A DNA stretch of 64,000 nucleotides. It comes from Eledone cirrhosa. Taxonomy: Eukaryota. Under the pieces are notes generated by a model. It had not been told where the DNA came from. It saw only the letters and a program-made list of their open reading frames with translations, and did no database searches. Below, in pieces: positions 45,309-59,413 of the stretch (within the stretch, counting starts at the first letter, position 1; every line of letters starts with the position of its first letter). The stretch spans positions 46,996,001 to 47,060,000 of the forward strand of contig OZ024747.1 in NCBI GenBank assembly GCA_964016885.1, given 5' to 3'. The position numbers were made by a program, and so were the translations under genes.

Positions 45309-45454
45309 GAGTTGAACTCCTGACAGTGCAGAGATCAAGAGCGTATGCAACAAAGTATTGTATACGATGCTCTAATGATTCAGATAATTCTCTGCCCTTT
45401 ATTACTATAATGAATTTTTCCAAGGCTCCAAACAATAGTCTAAGTATGACTAGT
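45309..45454 (+). CDS. Candidate internal host exon, unknown protein
   Basis: ttttcAG acceptor and GTaagg donor; open frame (G)VELLTVQRSRAYATKYCIRCSNDSDNSLPFITIMNFSKAPNNSLSMTS in non-repetitive sequence. No family recognised. Confidence 0.3.
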
Positions 45455-45926
45455 GTAAGGGGACAAATAAATGAATCTATATTTAAAGATAGACACAAAA
45501 TAGACGTGACAATGTGATTACCGTCATCGAGAGTTAACCCTTTAGCATTTAAACCGGCAGTATCCGGCCAGGATTCTCTCACCTTTTTCTGCTCAAACCA
45601 GCTGTAACCAGCTGCTCATACTGATGTTACGGTATTCTTCTCAAAATAAATAATATCAAAATCTCATAGATTTGCTATTATGTGAGATAATTGTTAGATA
45701 AAGCCTTGACTATGAAAATATAATAGTAAATCTATAGTAAGGTAAATGCTAAAGGGTTGAACATAATGGGCAGGTTTTGTTTTTTTTTTTTTTTAAATGT
45801 TAACAAAACAGACAAACGAGCAACATTTTTATAAAGTTGTATAAAAAATAGAAAAGTTAGTTTTGACGATCAGTTAATTCGATCAAATAGCTGTCGATAG
45901 TTTTAGTTGACTGTATATATACTTAG

Positions 45927-46085
45927 ATGGCAAATTGGCAGAGTCGTTAGAACGTCAGATAGAATGCTTAGTAGTATTTATTCCACTTCACTGTACTCTC
46001 AGTTCAAATCCCACCGAGGTCAACGTTGACGGTCATCCATCCAAGGTCGATAAACAAAGTACCAGGCCAGTACTGGGGTCCATTA
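45927..46085 (+). mobile_element. Older diverged SINE related to family 1
   Basis: tggcagagtcgttag (A box), agttcaaatccc (B box), gtcgataaacaaagtaccag. Confidence 0.7.
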
Positions 46086-47314
46086 TGACTCTATATGTCT
46101 TCTTTACTTTCTCTCTATCACTCTCTTTACTTACTTTTGAAAAATGGCCGTATTCAGATCTGGAGAAGGGATGGGCTACGCCAGGTTTTAAAATATGCCC
46201 AAGAAACGCCGTATAGCACCTCTATGACTCTGCCAGGACTTACGGGTCCATATATATATATATATATACTTAGGTTTCGGTCATTATGCAAAGATATAGG
46301 CATATAAGGCCCTTAATTCCTGATTGAGTACGTCATGTCAGACTATGTGTCTTGGGTATATTAAACTTATTACAGCTCATCCCTCTCCATGCTGGAATAC
46401 AACTAAAAGAGTACTGCTATTTTCATTTATCGAACTCGAACGGTTGAAAGACAAGGTGTACCCCGGCCAGGTTTGAAGTCAGAACACAATGAACCGGACA
46501 TCTGAACCTCTAACCACTCTGTCGATTCGCTGCTCTTATAGATCTACACCATAAATAGATATAATAACATCAGTGGTAGTGGTTACTGTAGTGATGGTGG
46601 TTTACTGTGGCGGTGGTTGTTGTCGTGTGGTGGTGTGTTACTGTTAGTGGTGGTTGTGGAGGTGACGACTCGGATACAAGCAGACAGATAATAAGAAATG
46701 GTGGTGTGAGCCCAGCAACTTCATCAGCCAAACACACAGACACAAATTTACACACATAGAATGACGTATACAGCCAATATATATATATATGCCGTCGGGG
46801 TCATACTTTTTCCTATTACCCACTCTACTACCCTAAGTATTGAGTACTCTGGTGCGTTATGGTCCATCTGGTTCCTTACCACAATTCCTTTGTTATATAT
46901 ATATATATAGTTTAATAAATAAACAAAGAACAAAAAAACATTAAAACGAAGAAGCAGTACAAATGATATTAGTATTAGTTTCACGCTTAAGAGTGGGGGT
47001 GGGGGAAGACGTTTCGGGCATAATCCCTTCATCAGAAGAAAAGTGGCTAGGAAGAGAGTTCCGAGGATGTGTCGGGGGAGTGGTGGAAAGACATTTAAAA
47101 AAGGCGAGGAAAAAACATTTTTTTTTAGAGAGTAAAGGAATTTTCTTTTAAATAAAAATAAAAATGAAAATAAAAATAAAAATAAACAAGTGGCGAAAGG
47201 GTGTGAGGCGTGTAGGGGTGGTGGTGGGTGTAGGTGGGGTGGAGAGGGGAGTGGGAGGCGGGGAGTCCGAGCGGGAGGGCTGAAGGTGGTGTTTGTGTAT
47301 GTGTGTAGGTGTAC

Positions 47315-47397
<83 letters not shown>

Positions 47398-47599
47398 TGA
47401 GAGTTGGAGGAAGAATGAGGTTCCATGTTCAGGTAAAAGGGAAACCGGTGTGTATATGGGGTGGGGTGTAAGTCGGTGTGTTCATATATATATATATATA
47501 TATATTCAATATAGAAATGACTTCTACGGGACTAGATCGGGAGAAATCATCATTTATACTCTGCTATGTATTGAGCACCCTACTTACTGTGGTTACCCC

Positions 47600-47693
<94 letters not shown>

Positions 47694-47698
<5 letters not shown>

Positions 47699-47792
47699 AT
47701 TAAATAAATGGAAACTATATTTATAAAACCATATTTATTCTAATAGAATAAATATGGTTTTATAAATATAGTTTCCATTTATTTAATATCAT
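47694..47792. repeat. Perfect AT-rich palindrome (49-bp arms, 1-nt centre)
   Basis: atgatattaaataaatggaaac...ttcta-a-tagaa...gtttccatttatttaatatcat. Confidence 0.9.
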
Positions 47793-49991
47793 TGATATTA
47801 CTCCAGAAAAACTTGTCGAGTGCTTCGAATCAGTTATAAACATATATATTTGTTGAATTACCAACAAATTAAATATCCCTGTTGCTTATATATATATATA
47901 TATTCACACTTTCTTTCTCTATGGGTTCTCTATGGGTAATTTACACGATTTAGAATAATCGACTATTATTCTATAATCGGGACGTGTTTAATAAACCATC
48001 TGACCATCCCTCTATAGAGGGGCCAGCTTCTTACCCAAAGCCGATGTCTAACCCCTGCCATTCATCTATCGAGCCAGCCACCTATATCAGAAGCCCCATT
48101 CCACTGTTTATCTATCGAACCTACTACCCAAATCAATCGTCCCCCCCCCCGGACTTCTATCAAGGAGACAGTCATTCAGTCACCCAATAACTCAAATAGA
48201 TATTACCAGCTATCCAGCACATCAACTGGCCAACGATACAAGGCCGCCAGTCACAGAATAAAGTAAGTAGAGAGATGTTGTCTGTCTCTTCCTGTCCTCC
48301 ACCTACTCTGCACATCCATCTCCACCTGCACTCCACCTCCATCTCCACCTACTCTCCACCTTCATCTCTACTTGCACTCCATCTCCACCTCCATCTCCAC
48401 CTGCCGTCAACCTCCATCTCCACCTACTCTACACCTCCATCTCCCTCTGCACTCCACCTCCATCTTTATCTGCACTTTACCTCCATCCCCACCAGCGCAC
48501 CACCTCCACCTCCATCTTTATCTGCACTTTATCTCCCCCCACCCCCCACCGCCACCACCACTCCACCGCCACCCCCACCAGCACTCCACCTCCACTTCTT
48601 ATCAGGTCGACACTGTTGTCTTGTCTGTGTTCTAGTTTTCACTGTCTGTCATTGATCTGTAAAGCAGACATTGTGGGGGACAGTTGTGGACTGTGAGGGG
48701 AACGGAGGCGAACGGAATGGATGTACGGCGGCTGGTGGTGGTGGTTGTAGTATACTGGAATGGAGGAGGCGACGCCGCAGGGGGGGGGGAGACAAGAGAT
48801 TAAAGGAGAGGTGATGTGAAAAACATAAAATGGTGGGGTGGGGATTTAGTCACAGTATTGTTATATGAGCGGGGGCGGGGAGAGAATGTGTGAGTAAAAG
48901 AGAGTAGAATAGTAAAATTGTGTGGGAGTGAGTTAGATAGAGTAAAGGAGTGAGCGAGAGACAGTTAAAAAATATGAATCGTCTGCTGCGACGACTGTCT
49001 GTAGTGGAAAATGAGAGATAAACAGCGAGAGATTGCGAGAGATGAAGTGAGGGAAAATCAAGAGAAAAAGAGAGATACTGGTCTACTGGTCGTCTGCTTT
49101 GTACATCTATCCTGGTGTAGAGAGCGAAAGATAGAGGGAATAAAGAGGTAAACGGTGAAATGTATGCTAGGAGACAGACAGAAGGATGGAGAAGTGTACG
49201 TCTGTAATATTAATCTGACTGTATCTAGTAGGAGTGAGTAGAGAAAGAGAAGAGAGAAAGAATCTGAGGGAGAGAAAGACAGAATGAGAGGTTTAGAGTG
49301 AAAGATTCATAGAGCGATAGAGGGAAAGCAAGTAGAAGAGAGCTAGACAGAGAGAAAATCAGAGCGAAAGAGAGAGAGAGAGAAAGGCAAACAAAACGAT
49401 AGACAGACAGACAAAAGGAAAGCCAGACAGGAAGAGAGAGGGAGAGAGAGAGGGAGAGAGGGAGAGAGGGAGAGAGAGAGGGGGGGGGAGAGGGAGTGGG
49501 AGAGAGAGAGAGAGAGAGAGGGAGAGAGAAACTCAGTGATGCAAAGTAGACAGAATTAGATGAAAGAGAGGAGAGCAATTGAAAGAAATGTAAGGTCGTC
49601 TGCAATGTACGGCTAGTGATAGTGTGGCTGGAGGAAGAGGAAGTAGAGGGGGGAGGAGGAGGAGGAGGAGGAGGAGGGGGGTATAATGGTTAAGAAGAGA
49701 CACGAGGCAAAAGTGTGTGTATGAGAGAGAGAGCACGATTATTGGTGGTGGTGGTGGTGGTGGTGGTGGTGGTGGTGGTGGTGGTGGTGGCGTTGGTGGT
49801 AGTGGAGGTGGTGGTGGTGTGGTGATGGTGGTGGTGGTGTGGTGGTGAGGGTGGTGTGATGGTAGTGGAGGTGGTGGGGGTGGTGTGATGGTAGTGCAGG
49901 AGGTGTTGGTGGTGGTGGTGCTAACGACGGAGGCGGTTAGATGCCTGAAATGTACAACTAACAAAGAAGGTAGAGTTGGTCGGAGGCAGAA

Positions 49992-50006
49992 AATGGTCTG
50001 ATGGCG

Positions 50007-50044
<38 letters not shown>

Positions 50045-50270
50045 ATGGTCTGATGGAAAGAGAGAGAGAGAGAGAAATGGTCTGATGGAAAGAGGGAGGG
50101 AGGGGGAGGGAGAGAGATAAATGGTCTCATGGAAAGAGAGAGAGAGAAATGGTCTGATGGAAAGAGAGAGAGGGGGAGAGAGAGAGAGAAATGGTCTGAT
50201 GGAAAGAGAGAGAGGGAGAGAGAGAGAAAGAGAGAGAGGGAGAGGGAGAGAGAGAGAAATGGTCTGATGG

Positions 50271-50316
<46 letters not shown>

Positions 50317-50410
50317 GGTCTGATGGATTGAGATACAGGGAGGGAGAGTGAGAGAGAAATGGTCTGATGGAAAGAGAGAAAGAGAGAGAGGGAGAGAGAG
50401 AGAGAAATGG
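49992..50410. repeat. Compound repeat AATGGTCTGATGGAAA + variable (GA)n
   Basis: About 9 copies of the constant block separated by GA tracts. Confidence 0.9.
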
Positions 50411-50460
50411 TTGGTGTTGTGTTGTGTGTAAAGGTTGAACTCTAATATGACTGTGTTTCA

Positions 50461-51258
50461 ATGTGTTGGTATGTGTTGGTATGTGTTGGTATGTATTGGT
50501 ATGTATTGGTATGTGTTGGTATGTATTGGTATGTGTTGGTATGTATTGGTATGTATTGGTATGTATTGGTATGTATTGGTATGTGTTGGTATGTATCGGT
50601 ATGTGTTGGTATGTGTTAGTATATATTGGTATGAGTTGGTATGTATTGGTATGTGTTGGTATGTATTGGTATGTGTTGGTATGTATTGGTATGTGTTGAT
50701 ATGTATTGGTATGTGTTGGTATGTGTTGGTATGTGTTGGTATGTATTGGTATGTATTGGTATGTGTTGATATGTATTGGTATGTGTTGATATGTATTGGT
50801 ATGTGTTGGTATGTGTTGGTATGTGTTAGTATATATTGGTATGTGTTGGTATGTATTGGTATGAATTGGTATGTATTGGTATGTGTTGGTATGTATTGGT
50901 ATGTGTTGGTATGTATTGGTATGTGTTGGTATGTATTGGTATGTATTGGTATGTGTTGGTATGTGTTGGTATGTGTTGATATGTGTTGGTATGTGTTGGT
51001 ATGTATTGGTATGTGTTGGTATGTATTGGTATGTGTTGGTATGTATTGGTATGTGTTGGTATGTATTGGTATATATTAGTATGTGTTGGTATGTATTGGT
51101 ATGTATTGGTATGTGTTGATATGTATTGGTATGTGTTGGTATGTATTGGTATGTTTTGGTATGTATTGGTATGTATTGGTATGTATTGGTATGTGTTGGG
51201 ATGTATTGGTATGTGTTGGTATGTGTTGATATGTGTTGGTATGTATTGGTTGTATTGG
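50461..51258. repeat. 10-bp minisatellite ATGT(G/A)TTGGT, ~80 copies
   Basis: Direct periodicity of 10. Confidence 0.95.
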
Positions 51259-52260
51259 TAAGTGTTAGAGAGTAATGTAAGTGTTAGAGAGTAGTGTGAG
51301 TGTTAGAGAGTAATGTAGGTGATAGAGAGTAGTGTAAGTGTTAGAGAGTAATGTAAGTGTTAGAGAGTAATGTCAGTCTTAAAGATTAGTGTGAGTGTTA
51401 GAGAGTAATGTGAGTGTTAAAGAGTAATGTATGTGTTAGAGAGTAATGTGAGTGTTATGGAGTAGTGTGAGTGTTAGAGAATAATGTGAGTGTCAGAGAG
51501 TAATGTATGTGTTAGACAGTAATGTGAGTGTTAGAGAGTAATGTGAGTGTTAGAGAGTAATGTGAGTGTTAGAGAGTAGTGTATGTGTTAGAGAGTAATG
51601 TGAGTGTCAGAGAGTAATGTATATGTTAGAGAGTAATGTGAGTGTTAGAGAGTAACGTCAGTCTTAGAGAGTAGTGTAAGTATTAGAGGGTAATGTGAGT
51701 GTTAGAGAGTAAAGTGAGTGTTAGAGAGTAATGTAAGTGTAAGGGAGTAATGTATGTAAGTTTTAGAGAGTAATGTGAGTGTTAGAGAGTAAAGTGAGTA
51801 TTGGAGAGTAATGTAAGTATTAGAGAGTAATGTATGCAAGTTTTAGAGAGTAATGTAAGTTTTGGAGAGTAATGTATGTAAGTATTAGAGAGTAATATAT
51901 GTGTCAGAGAGTAATGAATGAGTTAGAGAGTAATGTAAGTGTTAGAGAGTAATGTATGTGTTAGAGAGTCATGTATGTGTTCGAGAGTAGTGTAAGAGTT
52001 AGAGAGTAATGTAAGTGTTAGAGAGTAATGTCAGTGTTACATAATAATGTCAGTATTAGAGAGTAATGTCAGTGTTAGAGAGTAATGTGAGTGTTAGAGA
52101 GTAGTGTAAGTGTTAGAGAGTAATGTGAGTGTTAGAGAGGAATGTGAGTATTAGAGAGTAGTGTAAGTGTTAGAGAGTAATGTGAGTGTTAGAGAGTAAT
52201 GTGAGTGTTAGAGAGTAGTGTGAATGTTAGTGAGGAATGTGAGTGTTAGAGTGTAATGTG
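51259..52260. repeat. 19-bp minisatellite GTGTTAGAGAGTAATGT(A/G)A, ~52 copies
   Basis: gtgttag at 51262, 51281, 51300 and onward. Confidence 0.95.
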
Positions 52261-52361
52261 GTGTAGTTTTGAGTGGAGAGTTTTCTGTTATAGCTAGTAT
52301 TTAGGTGAAAGAGAGAACATGGGAGTAAATTCTATCAGAGGTAGATAGTGCTAGTGTATCG

Positions 52362-54025
52362 ATGTTACTGGTATATTGGTGTTGTGATAATCCCAAGTAT
52401 GTTACTGGTATGTTGGTGTTGTGATAATCCCAAGTATGTTACTGGTATGTTGGTGTTGTGATAACGCCAAGTATGTTACTCGTATGTTGGTGTTGTTATA
52501 AGGCCAAGTATGTTACTGGTATGTTGGTGTTGTGATAACGCCAAGTATGTTACTGGAATGTTGGTGTTGTGATAACGCCATCTATGTTACTGGTATGTTG
52601 GTGTTGTGATAACGCCAAGTATGTTACTGGTATGTTGGTGTTGTGATAACGCCATCTATGTTACTGGTATGTTGGTGTTGTGATAACGCCATCTATGTTA
52701 CGGGTATGTTGGTGTTGTGATAACGCCATCTATGTTACTGGTATGTTGGTGTTGTGATAACGCCATCTATGTTACTGGTATGTTGGTGTTGTGATAACGC
52801 CAAGTATGTTACTGGTATGTTGGTGTTGTGATGACGCCAAGTATGTTACTGGTATGTTGGTGTTGTGATGACGCCAAGTATGTTACTGGTATATTGGTGT
52901 TGTGATAACGCCAAGTATGTTACTGGTATGTTGGTGTTGTGATAATGGCAAGTATGTTACTGGTATGTTGGTGTTGTGATAACGCCATCTATGTTACTGG
53001 TATATTGGTGTTGTGATAACGCCAAGTATGTTACTGGTATGTTGGTGTTGTGATGACGCCAAGTATGTTACTGGTATGTTGGTGTTGTGATAACGCCATC
53101 TATGTTACTGGTATGTTGGTGTTGTGATAACGCCAAGTATGTTACTGGTATGTTGGTGTTGTGATGACGCCAAGTATGTTACTGGTATATTGGTGTTGTG
53201 ATAACGCCAAGTATGTTACTGGTATGTTGGTGTTGTGATGACGCCAAGTATGTTACTGGTATGTTGGTGTTGTGATAACGCCAAGTATGTTACTGGTATA
53301 TTGGTGTTGTGATAACGCCAAGTATGTTACTGGTATGTTGGTGTTGTTATAAGGCCAAGTATGTTACTGGTATGTTGGTGTTGTGATAACGCCAAGTACA
53401 TTACTGGTATGTTAGTGTTGTGATAACGCCAAGTATGTTACTGGTATGTTGGTGTTGTGATGACGCCAAGTATGTTACTGGTATATTGGTGTTGTGATAA
53501 CGCCAAGTATGTTACTGGTATGTTGGTGTTGTTATAAGGCCAAGTATGTTACTGGTATGTTGGTGTTGTGATAACGCCAAGTATGTTACTGGTATATTGG
53601 TGTTGTGATAACGCCAAGTATGTTACTGGTATGTTGGTGTTGTTATAAGGCCAAGTATGTTACTGGTATGTTGGTGTTGTGATAACGCCAAGTATGTTAC
53701 TGGTATGTTGGTGTTGTGATAACGCCATCTATGTTACTGGTATGTTGGTGTTGTGATAACGCCATCTATGTTACTGGTATGTTGGTGTTGTGATGACGTC
53801 AAGTATGTTACTGGTATGTTGGTGTTGTGATGAAGCCAAGTATGTTACTGGTATGTTGGTGTTGTGATGACGCCAAGTATGTTACTGGTATGTTGGTGTT
53901 GTTATGACGCCAAGTATGTTACTGGTATGTTGGTGTTGTGATGACGCCAAGTATGTTACTGGTATGTTGGTGTTGTGATGACGCCAAGTATGTTACTGGT
54001 ATGTTGGTGCTGTGATAACGCCAAG
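52362..54025. repeat. 37-bp minisatellite GTTACTGGTATGTTGGTGTTGTGATAACGCCAAGTAT, ~45 copies
   Basis: gttactgg at 52364, 52401, 52438 and onward; no unique spacers. Confidence 0.95.
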
Positions 54026-54180
54026 AACGTTTACGTGGATGTTTCAGATGCTGACGGATAATATATATTTGGGAGTGTATGTCTGTATGTATTGATGTGT
54101 GTATGTATGTATGTATGTATGTATGTATGTATGTATGTATGTATGTATGTATGTATGTATGTATGTATGTATGTATGTAT

Positions 54181-54770
54181 AGTGCTACTGTTAACATGTA
54201 TCCCAGTACAACCTGTGCCATGGTCGGGTCGTTGGCGACTAAACTGGCAACCCCACCAAGGTTTCTTGGTGAGGAGGGTGACCTTGGACATCCTGCAGGA
54301 CTAAAAACAAAACCTGTCAAAGGGCAAAGGAGCTCTTGAGAGTCAATGGCCATCCAAAATCACCGGAAAAGATGACCCCTTAGCCTTTGTCAAGGCAGAA
54401 TTCTAGAAGGAAAACTCTGATATAACACCTGCAACCCTAATGCTATCCAATGATGTTGTCTTGTTCTTCGTTTTGGTAAATATCATCTTGGTTAAGGGAG
54501 TGGGACTGGCTTTGTGTAGTGCCTTTGCTCACTATAAAAGCTTTACGGCACAGGCACTGCTTTATATCTGGAGATCTCTCTGCACTTGTCGTCACATGGT
54601 ACCAAGGGCATAGCACTATGTGTCAATAATTGTCACAAGTGTAGTGTTTGTACCAGAGTTTTCAAGTCGCTGGCTAGACTAAAATGTCACACTCCTTCAG
54701 CGCATCGGTAGGGGTTCTCCTACATGGATATAAAGAAGTGGCCGTACTCGAAAACGAGTTGGCAGCCACC
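54181..54770 (+). mobile_element. ~590-bp dispersed retroposon-like element between (TATG)n tracts
   Basis: Its 3' half is repeated at 11669-11963, suggesting a 5'-truncated copy there; it ends in a tgta-type tail. Confidence 0.55.
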
Positions 54771-55068
54771 GTTGTATGTATGTAAGTATGTATGTATGTA
54801 TGAATGGATGGATGGATGGATGTGTGTATGTATGTATTTATGGATGTGTATATATATATATATGGTTACGTGTATGGATGTGTATATGTATGTGTGTATG
54901 TATGGATGGGTGTATGTATGTGTGTATGTATGTGTGTATGTATGGATGGGTGTATTTATGTATGTATATATGTCTGTATGAATGTCTATACGCATACATA
55001 TATATTTATATACATATATATATATGTGAGTGTGTATTTATATATATATATACTTATATATATGTATA

Positions 55069-55145
<77 letters not shown>

Positions 55146-55251
55146 GTATGTATGTAAGCATGTGTATGTGTATGGGTATGTATGTATGCATGTATTTATA
55201 TATGTATATAAGTATATGTGTATATATGTATATACCTAAACACATATATTG

Positions 55252-55288
<37 letters not shown>

Positions 55289-55345
55289 GTGTGTATGTAT
55301 GCGTATGGATGCGTATAGGAAAATATGTGTGTGTATGTGTGTATG

Positions 55346-55395
<50 letters not shown>

Positions 55396-55881
55396 AGTAT
55401 GTATGTATGTGTGTATGTATCTATATATCTATATATATATATGTATGTATGTATGTATGTGTGTAAGTATGTATGTTTGTATGTGTGTAAGTATGTAAGT
55501 ATGTATGTAAGTATGTATGTAAGCATGTGTATATATATATGTGTGTATGTATGTATGTATGTATGTATGTATGTATGTATGTACGTATGTATATGTGGTA
55601 ATGGTTTATTCTTGTACTATAACTGATTATCACAGTATCAAGATGTCTACTAGGCTGTCTAAAATATATGTCCACTTAACTCTGCCTGCTGCCCACAGAG
55701 GTTATTTTCAGACCGGTATGTCTATCAGTCTATCACACTATATACTATTTTAGAGAGAGGAAAAATAAATGAACGAGAAAACTAAAATGGTGACGATGAG
55801 ACAACAAAATAATAAATAAGTGTAAAGTAGTAACGTTAGGATATTTTAGAGGGTTGAAAAACATTTGGTTTAAAGTGAAGA

Positions 55882-55964
<83 letters not shown>

Positions 55965-56099
55965 TAGATAGATAGATATAGATATATACAATATATATGT
56001 ACATATATATATATATATTTATATATATATATATATATTTATTTATTTATTTATTTATATATACATAATATATATATGGGGTCCTGAATCGCTTCATGC

Positions 56100-56153
<54 letters not shown>

Positions 56154-56194
56154 ATATATATATATAATATACACATACATATATATAAATATAT

Positions 56195-56246
<52 letters not shown>

Positions 56247-56360
56247 ATACATATACATATTTAAATATACACACATATATATATATATACATAATTATAA
56301 ATATATATATATATACATATATATATACATATATATATACATATATATATACATATATAT

Positions 56361-56453
<93 letters not shown>

Positions 56454-56949
56454 GTGTGTGTGTGTGTGTGTGTGTGAGTGTGTGTATGTATACTGTAAAC
56501 GCGCGTGGATTGGTGGTTAAAATATTCGATTTATAAATCGTTAAGTCGGGAGTTCAATTCCCAGTACTTTATTTCACGCTACCCTGATTCACACAGTTGT
56601 TTCCTGTAATTCAAAGTACAGAATTCTCACACTCCCAAAAATTATACTCTGAAATTAACGTGTAAGTTGTTGAGCATTCCCAAAACAAACATGTACACAT
56701 TAACGTAGTTCTCAGGGAGATTCAGCCTGAGGCAGGGTCACTCAGATAATGCTAGACTTTCTAATTACAGGTACAGTCATACCGGTGAGCCTCCAAACAC
56801 TTTGAGTGTATTAAATGAAACTCACAAAGCGTTGATTCAGTTCAGCCGAGGCGACCGTAAATGACACTTGCCTAAGTTTATATACACATAGGGATCAAAC
56901 CGGAGACCTAATGGTCTTTCGGATAGATGTTATTATCACTACAACTGGC

Positions 56950-57133
56950 AGTGGATTGGCAGTATTGGTAGAGGGTCGGACGCCATGCTTTGACGTATAG
57001 AGTTACGGCCCTTGCCTTTCTGAGTTCAAATCCCGCCAAGGTTAACTTTGCCTTTCATCCTTACGGGATCGATAAAATAAAGTACCAGTAATGCACTGGT
57101 TAATTTGCTGGCCTTGTGCCTAACGTAGAAACA
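56950..57133 (+). mobile_element. tRNA-derived SINE (family 1) with 21-bp TSD
   Basis: TSD gttattatca(c/t)tacaactggc at 56929-56949 and 57134-57154. Confidence 0.9.
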
Positions 57134-57180
57134 GTTATTATCATTACAACTGGCTCTAGGTGAACAATGAACTCTATAGA

Positions 57181-57360
57181 TAATTGTTTCTACTTTAGGC
57201 ACAAGGCCAGCAATTACCCAGTGCATTACTGGTACTTTATTTTATCGACCCCGTAAGGATGAAAGGCAAAGTCAACCTCGGCGGGATTTGAACTCAGATC
57301 GTAAAGGGACGTAACTATGCTGGAAAGCATGGCGTCCTTCCCTCTACCGATACTGCCAAT
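57181..57360 (-). mobile_element. tRNA-derived SINE (family 1) with ~20-bp TSD
   Basis: TSD caatgaactctatagataat at 57165-57184 and 57357-57376. Confidence 0.9.
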
Positions 57361-58242
57361 GAACTCTATAGATAATGAACAGGGATATGGTCCGAACGTC
57401 GAAGAGCCGAACTCCCACTGTCATTCCCTCCATATCTCTCTCGCCCTTCCCCATCTCTCTGTATGGTGAGCAAATGGGGTCCCACGTGCTGGCCTCCTCA
57501 CAATCCCGGCGGACAGAATGGTAAAGGAGATGCGCTGGAAGTGCCATTCCAACTCGCGAGGCTCACACCACCTGCGGCTGGCCAGCTCAGCGCCTATGCC
57601 GGTGATTGTCAAGCAAACCTGGAAATCACTTTAAGCATATAACCGCTGCTATGTAGTGGTTCGAACTGATAGATATGTCAGCCAGATCTCCTTTAATTAC
57701 GCATAACAACTTACAGAAATGGCACCGGATTAAGCTTGGTAGGAATGTGGTAAAGAATGTGGTAAATCTTGTTATTTCGCCTCGAACAGGATCGCCGGAG
57801 TACTAATCAGCCAACTGGAATCCCTGTGTGTTGGCGAAATTCGCTCAACGAACAGTTGTATGACTCACTGACTGGTTGGCTGGCTGACTGACTGTCTGAA
57901 GATGAACTGACTGACTCAGAGATTGACTTCCGGTATGCCTGAATTTATGTCAGTGTGTCAATGTGTCAGCAGAAGGCTTTATGCTGTTAAGTGTAAAGGA
58001 TACCGTGATATATACTAACAACATGAAAACACACGCACACGTACGCATGCGTACATGAACACACATGCATTATATACAACATACACAAATATACATGCAC
58101 AAAACCGGACATATTCATAAACAAACTTAACATAATCAATGAAATAAAAATACAATAAAAAATATGCATGTATAATTATATCCGTGTGTTGTGTGTACGT
58201 GCATATATGCATTATGAATGTTTATATATATTTATATATATG

Positions 58243-58312
<70 letters not shown>

Positions 58313-58326
58313 TATTTATGAATATT

Positions 58327-58464
<138 letters not shown>

Positions 58465-58610
58465 GCATAAAAACGCACACTCACATATGTGTGTATGTCT
58501 GTGTGTAAGCGCACAAACATATAGCAATAAACCTGATAACATCTATACATATATATTTATATTCTTATGAGTAAACACACATACACACACGCATGCCCGC
58601 ACATACACAG

Positions 58611-58685
<75 letters not shown>

Positions 58686-58744
58686 GGTTACTTTGAATAA
58701 AACCCGATTGTACAACCGAGTCACGTTATTCTTCATTTTATATA

Positions 58745-58825
<81 letters not shown>

Positions 58826-58826
58826 A

Positions 58827-58903
<77 letters not shown>

Positions 58904-58929
58904 CACACACACACATATATATATAAATA

Positions 58930-59262
58930 CTTTTAATATAGATGAGATTCTACAGGACTAGAACTGTTTCATTCTTTAGAAATCATCAGGAATATAAATT
59001 ATAGCCTTAAAGAATTAGCTTTTGAATTCCCCTTTCTTTCAACCAATGACCTCCACCCATCCCGTTCCCCTACCCTCTCCTACCACCTGAAAAGATATAA
59101 ATACCACAACATTTATTTTTGGAAAGCCAGATTCCTGATGATTGCTAAAGAATGAAACAGTTCTAGTCCTGTAGAATATCACCTATATTAAAATTGTTAT
59201 ACTCTGGTATGCATTGAGTACCTTACTTACTGTGGTTACCTCCGATTCAACCCGGAATAACT
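58930..59262. mobile_element. PLE-type 3'-end island (family C) with two divergent hammerheads (58947-58993 -, 59131-59177 +)
   Basis: attc-CTGATGA-tt(t/g)ctaaagaat-GAAA-cag-ttctagtc-ctg-TA-gaat on each strand. Fragments also lie at 37682-37780, 37936-37990, 47510-47600 and 62575-62815. Confidence 0.85.
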
Positions 59263-59265
59263 TAG

Positions 59266-59364
<99 letters not shown>

Positions 59365-59378
59365 CATACATACATACA

Positions 59379-59413
<35 letters not shown>

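Noticed and set aside
50435-51261. Cys/Trp-rich repetitive proteins
   Set aside because: They are translations of the 10-bp minisatellite.
52362-54025. 37-bp repeat as a CRISPR array
   Set aside because: Repeats are contiguous with no unique spacers, there are no cas genes and the context is eukaryotic.
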